Shown: positions 58,575 through 64,000 of the stretch, one piece after another
Layout of the letters: every line of letters starts with the position of its first letter
Numbering within the stretch: the stretch's first letter is position 1
Assembly: GCA_040386535.1 (NCBI GenBank)
Contig: JAZKFH010000017.1
Location: 137,213-201,212 of the forward strand
DNA from: Myxococcota bacterium
GTDB lineage: Bacteria; Myxococcota_A; UBA796; SXON01
Length of the DNA stretch: 64,000 nt
Reading direction: 5' to 3'
The notes under the pieces: model-generated
The model's database searches: none
Seen by the model: only the letters and a program-made list of their open reading frames with translations
What the model was told of the DNA's origin: nothing
Program-made: the position numbers and the translations under genes

Positions 58575-60580
58575 GCGAGCGGGCGCTGGTGGTCGAAGAC
58601 AGCCTCACCGTGCGGATGGATCTGCTCGAGGTGTTGGAGGACGTGGCGTTCACCGTGACCGCCACCGGCTCCCTCGCCGAGGCGCGCGCGGCCCTCGGCG
58701 ACACCGGCGGCGGCTTCCGTGTGGTCGTGCTCGACGTGTGGCTCCCCGATGGCGACGGCGTCACCTTCCTCGCGGAGCTCCGTCGGAGCCCGGCCACCGC
58801 CCACCTGCCCGTCATCGTCCTCTCCACCGAGGCCGAGGCCCCCGCGCGACTGCGCGGCCTGATGACGGGCGCCGACGCCTACCTCGGCAAGCCCTACGAT
58901 CGCGACGAGCTGGGCGCCCTCGCCCGCGCCCTCGCCGCCCGCACGCCCATCCCCGCCGCGACCGTGCTGCTCATCGACGACAGCGCGACGTTCCGCGCCG
59001 AGCTCGCCGAAGGGCTGGAGGGCGCCGGGTACCGCGTGCTGATGGCCGTCAGCGGCGAGGAGGGGCTCGCGATCGCGGCCCGCGAGCGCCCCGACGCGAT
59101 CGTGGTCGACGGCGTGTTGCCCGGCATCGACGGCGAGACGGTGATCCGTCGGCTCCGTCAGGACGCGGTGCTCGGGCGCACGCCGTGTGTGCTGCTCACC
59201 GCGGCGGAGGGGCGGCTCGCCGAGCTCGGCGCGCTCGACGCGGGCGCGGACGCCTTCGTCCAGAAGACCGACGCCGCCGGCGTGCTGCTGGCGCACCTCT
59301 CCGCGCTGCTCCGCCGCGCCGTGCGTGCCCTCCCGGGAGACGAGAGCGGGCCCAAGCGCATCCTCGCGGTCGACGACAGCCCCACCTTCCTCGCCGCCCT
59401 CGAGGATGCGCTCACCACCGAGGGCTACGAGGTCATCGTGGCGGAGAGCGGGGAGCAGGCGCTCGCGCTCCTGGCCCACGCCGACTTCGACTGTGTCCTG
59501 CTCGATCTGGTCATGCCGGGGCTCGGCGGCCACGAGACCTGCCGCCGCATCAAGGGCTCGGCGGAGCTGCGCGATCTCCCGCTGCTCATCCTCACCTCCC
59601 GCGAAGAGCCCGCCGCGATGATCGAGGGCATCAACGCCGGCGCTGACGACTACGTCGCGAAGTCCGCGGAGTTCGACGTCCTCTTCGCCCGCGTGCGCGC
59701 CCAGCTCCGCCGCAAGAAGTTCGAGGACGAGAACCGCGGCACCCGCGAGCGCCAGCTCCGCAAGGAGATGGAGGCCACCGAGGCGCGCGCCGCCCGCGAC
59801 CTCGCCGACGCCCGCGCCGCCCACCTCACCGATCTGGAGCGCAAGAACGAGGAGCTCCAGGGCGCCAAGGACCGCGCCGAGCGCGAGAGCCTGTTCAAGT
59901 CCCAGTTCCTCGCGAACATGTCCCACGAGCTGCGCACCCCGCTCAACGCGATCATCGGCTTCTCCGAGCTGCTCGAACAGGAGCTCCCCGGCCCGCTCAC
60001 CCGGGACCAACGCGAGTTCGTCGGCTTCGTCCTGAGCGGCGGCCGCCACCTCCTCACCGTCATCAACGACATCCTCGACCTGTCCAAGATCGAGGCCGGG
60101 CGCATGGAGCTCCTCCGCGAGTGGGCCACCGTCCCGCAGCTCGTCAACGCGGTCTTCGCGGTCGTCCGCCCCCTCGCCGACAGCCGCGGCGTGCGCCTCC
60201 TCCTCACCGCCGACGCGGGCCAGCCCCCCATCCTCGTCGATCCGCTGCGCATCAGCCAGGTGCTCTACAACCTGCTCTCCAACGGCATCAAGTTCACCCC
60301 GCGCGGCGGCCTGGTGCACCTCACGGCCGAGGTCACGGCGGACATCCTGTGCCTCCGCGTCATCGACACCGGCATCGGCATCCGCCCCGAGGACCTCCCC
60401 CGCCTGTTCCGCGAGTTCGAGCAGCTCGCCACCGCGCCCGACGGCACCACGGGCACCGGCCTCGGCCTCGTGCTCACGCGACGGCTCGTCGAGCTGCACG
60501 GCGGCGCCATCACCGTCGAGAGCGAGCACGGCCGCGGGACGACGTTCACGGTGTCGTTGCCGAGCGGGGTCGGGGGCTGA
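58571..60580 (+). CDS. Multi-receiver hybrid histidine kinase (3xREC-HisKA-HATPase)
   Basis: Three REC domains, FLANMSHELRTPLN, NLLSNGIKFT, DTGIGI, GTGLGL; ATGA overlap with cheB. Confidence 0.93.
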   Translation: MSERALVVEDSLTVRMDLLEVLEDVAFTVTATGSLAEARAALGDTGGGFRVVVLDVWLPDGDGVTFLAELRRSPATAHLPVIVLSTEAEAPARLRGLMTGADAYLGKPYDRDELGALARALAARTPIPAATVLLIDDSATFRAELAEGLEGAGYRVLMAVSGEEGLAIAARERPDAIVVDGVLPGIDGETVIRRLRQDAVLGRTPCVLLTAAEGRLAELGALDAGADAFVQKTDAAGVLLAHLSALLRRAVRALPGDESGPKRILAVDDSPTFLAALEDALTTEGYEVIVAESGEQALALLAHADFDCVLLDLVMPGLGGHETCRRIKGSAELRDLPLLILTSREEPAAMIEGINAGADDYVAKSAEFDVLFARVRAQLRRKKFEDENRGTRERQLRKEMEATEARAARDLADARAAHLTDLERKNEELQGAKDRAERESLFKSQFLANMSHELRTPLNAIIGFSELLEQELPGPLTRDQREFVGFVLSGGRHLLTVINDILDLSKIEAGRMELLREWATVPQLVNAVFAVVRPLADSRGVRLLLTADAGQPPILVDPLRISQVLYNLLSNGIKFTPRGGLVHLTAEVTADILCLRVIDTGIGIRPEDLPRLFREFEQLATAPDGTTGTGLGLVLTRRLVELHGGAITVESEHGRGTTFTVSLPSGVGG

Positions 60581-60851
60581 GAGCGCGGCGGGAATCGCGG
60601 AGGCCCTGGGCGCGAGGGGAATCCCGGGCGCGACCTCCGCGCGGACGCGGAGGTCGGTCCGTTGCGGGCTCGCTCCGCTCGGTCGGCGCGGCGCCGGACC
60701 GGCCGGGAGGACCCGGCCGCCCTCCACGGACCTCGCGCGGGGTGGGGGTGGGCGTTGGCGGGCCGCAGGAGCGCGCTCGAGCCCACCGCCGACGCCCCCG
60801 GTCGCGGCCGCCCCCGTGGGGCCCGACCGCAGGTTCCGAGGGGATCTCCGA

Positions 60852-61084
60852 GTCATGTCCCCATGAATGCACGCGGCACGGAGTCATGCCGGGTTGAATG
60901 CTCCGATCCAGCCCGCGACCGCCCGCCGGCTGCCAAAAAACCCTGTTGGGTCCGTGGTGGCAGCCGCAGGCAGCCAGGAGTTGAGGGGCATGAGTCTGAT
61001 TTGGCGGCGTTCAGGGTGGCATGACTCCGGTTTAGCGGCGTTGAGACGGGCATGACCCCGGATCTCGACGCGCTCGTGCCGAGG
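60852..61084. repeat. MITE-like non-coding element, copy A
   Basis: GTCATG motifs at 60852 and 60883; inverted CATGAS motifs at 60989, 61020, 61051. Confidence 0.75.
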
Positions 61085-61138
61085 GGTGAGGGAACGGGGG
61101 TAGGCATTGAGAGGGCACGCCCCCGCGTTCGGCGCGCG

Positions 61139-61174
61139 GAACGCGCCGAACGCGCCGAACGCGCCGAACGCGCC
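61139..61174. repeat. (GAACGCGCC)x4 tandem repeat
   Basis: Directly visible between elements A and B. Confidence 0.9.
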
Positions 61175-61250
61175 GGATGAGCCGCCCATGCCTATGCACG
61201 TCCCTCAAACGCCCGCGCGTCCCAGCAGGCCGTCGCTCCCGAGCCGCAGG

Positions 61251-61463
61251 GTCATGTCCCCATGAGTGCACGCGGCACGGAGTCATGTCTGGTTGAATGC
61301 ACGGATCCAGGCTGACGGCGCTTGTCCCAGCGCGAAAAACGCCGCTTGCTCCGTGGAGGCCGCGCGGAGCGGTCCTCGATTCGGGCGTTCACGGGGGCAT
61401 GGCTCCGATTTAGCGGCGTTGAACGGGGCATGACCTCGGACCTCGACGCCCTCGTACTCGAGG
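61251..61463. repeat. MITE-like non-coding element, copy B
   Basis: 55 of the first 60 nt identical to copy A; GTCATG at 61251 and 61282; inverted motifs at 61398 and 61429. Confidence 0.75.
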
Positions 61464-62081
61464 ACTGACGGACATAGGCATGGAGACGCCATCCCCCGAG
61501 CTCGGCGCGCGGGCGCCCCGACGGGCCGCCCAGCGGCCACCGAGGGAGACCGTTCGCCCCTGCCGTCAGGACGCTGCTGGGTTTGGCCGCGTCGACCCGC
61601 GCACCCGGCCTCCGTTGGCGGTCGTCGTCCCGACGACGTCCTCGGCGTGGGCCGGCGGCGGCGGCGGCGCGCGCTCCGCGAGTGGGCGCCGGGCTGGGCG
61701 CGACCCCTCCGGCGGGGTTCCGGGTGCGGCCATTCCCCGAGGGTCTACCCGTAGACCCCCGGCGAGCGCGTCGACGAACGAACGCCGGGAATGTCGACGT
61801 CGGGTCGAGCGGCCTGCCCGCGCCGAGCGCCGATAAACCGCGCGTCGCGCGCGCCCCTCGGCGAGCCGCCACCCCCTCCGCGGCCGCCCAGCTCCGCGGC
61901 CGCCCAGCCGCGTGGCCGCCCAGCGGCGATCGTGCCCCCCGACGAGCCCGCGCCAGGCGCCCGGAGGTCGGGCGCCCGTCCTCGGGCGGCCGGTCCCCGC
62001 CGCCGCGGCGGGACCAAGCGGCTCCGCCGCGCGACCGCAGGGGGCCGACGGGGCCGCGTCCGCGCGGCCCCGGGGCGCCCG

Positions 62082-62131
62082 TCACGGCTCCACATCACGG
62101 CTCCACATCACCGCTCCACGTCACCGCTCCA
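62082..62131. repeat. ~4x 13-bp tandem repeat TCAC(G/C)GCTCCAC(A/G)
   Basis: Visible; the last unit contains the stop codon of the 62121-62498 gene. Confidence 0.85.
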
Positions 62132-62498
62132 GGCCCTCGATCGCCGTCGTGAGCCGCCCGCCCAGCTCCGCGAGCGCCACGCCCTCGGCGCGCCCGGCCC
62201 GGCATGCCGCGAGCACGTCGTCGAGTTCCTGGTAGTACAGCCAGAGGTACTCGCAGGCGCCCACGACCAGGGCGTCGGGTGGCGCGCCCAGGGAGAGCGC
62301 CGCGTGCAGGAACGCGGTGCCGACGGCGGGTGGCCAGTCCAACCGCCCGAGCTCGGCGCGGAGCACGATCACCGCGACGTCCTGCGCCTGCGCGACCCCG
62401 ACGCGGCCGGCGAGACGCCGCAGGCTGCCCGCGAGATCGGACATCACCTCCGCTTCTGACGAGTCGAGGAGCAACGTCCACGCCGCGTACGGGGTCAT
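62121..62498 (-). CDS. Small hypothetical helical protein
   Basis: ATG 62498 overlaps the stop of the upstream gene (ATGA). Confidence 0.6.
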   Translation of the reverse strand: MTPYAAWTLLLDSSEAEVMSDLAGSLRRLAGRVGVAQAQDVAVIVLRAELGRLDWPPAVGTAFLHAALSLGAPPDALVVGACEYLWLYYQELDDVLAACRAGRAEGVALAELGGRLTTAIEGLER

Positions 62499-63421
62499 GG
62501 CGTCCACGTCAGCAGCTGCCCGCAGAACGCCGGGATGCCCGCCGCTTCGCCGCCCCAACGGCAGTTCGCCACGATGACGACGCCGTCCGGGCGGCGCGCG
62601 TAGCCGACGATGTCGTGGCGCGGCTCGAGGGGGCTGTGCGGCGGGCGCGTCGTGAGCGAGCAGACGCCCGGGGTGCCGTCGACACGGCAGTCGGCCAACG
62701 CGGTCTGCTTCATGTCCCGGTTGTTCTCCTTCGCCGCCGCCATTCGCGCCTGCATCGACGCCGCGAGCAGCTCCGCGGGCTCCTCGTCGCCGTTGACGAC
62801 GACCCCCTGGAGGCTGTCGAACCCACACACGAAGCCGGGCGCCTGGTCGGCGAGGAAGGGGTGGCACCCGCGCGGCACCGTGAGCGTGCGGCCGGGAAAG
62901 GGCACCGGGTCGGTCCAGGTCTCGAGGTAGGGCCGCAGATCGGGCAGGCCGCCGTCTACGAGCGCGAGCAGCAGCGCACCGCAGCGGGCCCCGTACGGCG
63001 AACACGCGAGGAACTCGGCCACCCCGGGCCGCCGCTCCACCGACGTGGCCCCCGCCGGGCCGATGAGGCTGCCGGGCACGGTGAACACCTTGAGCGGCGC
63101 CCCGCCTGGGCGCGGCACCTCGTCGACAACCGAGTAGTTGACCTTCAGGAGCGTCATCCCGCCGTTGAGCACCTCGTCCGCCGAGCCACCGGCGGTCAGG
63201 CTCGCCACGAACACCTTGTCCGGACACGCGAAGGTGAGCAGGGGCGGGGCCCAGGAGGCCTTGCACCCGGCGAGGTCGGGAGGGGCGGGCGCGGGCGCGA
63301 CGAGGGCGGGGTCGGTGGGCGCGGCCGGGACGGTGACGAGGGCGGGCGCGACGGGCGCGACGGGCGCGGCGGCGTGTACCCGCGCGGACAGGAACGACGC
63401 GGCAAGCAGGGAAATGAGCAT
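62495..63421 (-). CDS. Secreted cysteine-rich hypothetical protein
   Basis: MLISLLAASFLSARVHA signal, Pro/Ala linker, 10 Cys. Confidence 0.7.
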   Translation of the reverse strand: MLISLLAASFLSARVHAAAPVAPVAPALVTVPAAPTDPALVAPAPAPPDLAGCKASWAPPLLTFACPDKVFVASLTAGGSADEVLNGGMTLLKVNYSVVDEVPRPGGAPLKVFTVPGSLIGPAGATSVERRPGVAEFLACSPYGARCGALLLALVDGGLPDLRPYLETWTDPVPFPGRTLTVPRGCHPFLADQAPGFVCGFDSLQGVVVNGDEEPAELLAASMQARMAAAKENNRDMKQTALADCRVDGTPGVCSLTTRPPHSPLEPRHDIVGYARRPDGVVIVANCRWGGEAAGIPAFCGQLLTWTP

Positions 63422-63548
63422 CCGGTCAGTGTACCCGGGTCGCGACCCGCGACCGAGCCGTCCTCGATGAGCTAGTCTACCGGCGCCCGCCCCTCCTTCC
63501 CCACGCCGCGCCGGGCCCGCCCGGCACGAACCGAGACGACCCGTACGC

Positions 63549-64000
63549 ATGAGCTTGCTCGACGCCATCGCCATCCTCCTCGTCCTCGCCGCCACCTTCG
63601 GCTTCATCAACCACCACGTCTTCAAGCTGCCGTTCGCCATCGGCCTGCTCCTCTCCGGCCTCCTCGCGTCCTTCGGCGTCATCGTGGTCGACGCCCTCGT
63701 GCCGGGCTGGAACCTGAAGGAGGATGTCCGCGAGGCGGTCTTGAGCCTCAACTTCGCCGACACCGTGCTGTCGGGCATGTTGAGCGTCCTGCTCTTCGCG
63801 GGCGCCCTGCACACCGATCTCGGCGGGCTCCGACAGTGGCGCCGCGCCATCATCATGCTCGCGTCGTTCGGCGTGCTCATCAGCACCGCGGTGACCGGCC
63901 TCGTGTCGTGGTGGCTGTTCGGCCTGTTCGGGCTGGACGTCCAGCTCATCTGGTGCCTCGCGTTCGGCGCGCTCATCTCGCCCACCGATCCCATCGCGGT
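63549..64000 (+). CDS. CPA1-family Na+/H+ antiporter (NhaP-like), truncated by the window end
   Basis: Read manually: MSLLDAIAILLVLAATFGFINH..., LLFAGALH, FGALISPTDPIA. Confidence 0.92.
   Translation, partial: MSLLDAIAILLVLAATFGFINHHVFKLPFAIGLLLSGLLASFGVIVVDALVPGWNLKEDVREAVLSLNFADTVLSGMLSVLLFAGALHTDLGGLRQWRRAIIMLASFGVLISTAVTGLVSWWLFGLFGLDVQLIWCLAFGALISPTDPIA

Noticed and set aside
36250..60430. Near-identical DNA stretches in the two hybrid kinases as a DGR template/variable pair
   Set aside because: They encode conserved H and N boxes, differences are not adenine-specific, and there is no reverse transcriptase.

Overview
Very GC-rich bacterial DNA, most likely Myxococcota (inferred from MYXO-CTERM-type sorting tails, DCDD..PGA.E..DG.D.DC metal-binding repeats, Asp/Thr linkers and dense signalling genes). 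Left part (1-19 kb): large surface proteins (a 14x FG-GAP lipoprotein; a translationally coupled MYXO-CTERM pair whose second gene is an apparent adhesin + internal MYXO-CTERM + second signal peptide + TraB-like OmpA barrel fusion), a lipoprotein serpin, a DAG-kinase-family gene, a cluster of small stress-type membrane proteins, YihY and a sugar porter. An intact IS256-family element (19591-21129, 27-bp imperfect IRs, 9-bp target duplication) sits inside one copy of a ~50-bp palindromic repeat, near a 3x52-bp hairpin array. 22.8-38.5 kb is a c-di-GMP/chemosensory block (FliA/WhiG sigma, three PilZ proteins, REC-EAL, REC-GGDEF, partial CheW-CheA-hybrid kinase cluster), followed by a MerR-HTH/VIT-vWA operon, an SBP-coupled hybrid kinase, CotH, recN, a 5'-frameshifted HAD hydrolase and a complete Wsp/ACF-like chemosensory operon (51-60.6 kb). 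At 60.8-61.5 kb are two related non-coding elements built from inverted motifs with an exact 31-bp period. No rRNA, tRNA or CRISPR array was recognised. All product calls come from reading motifs by eye, not database searches.
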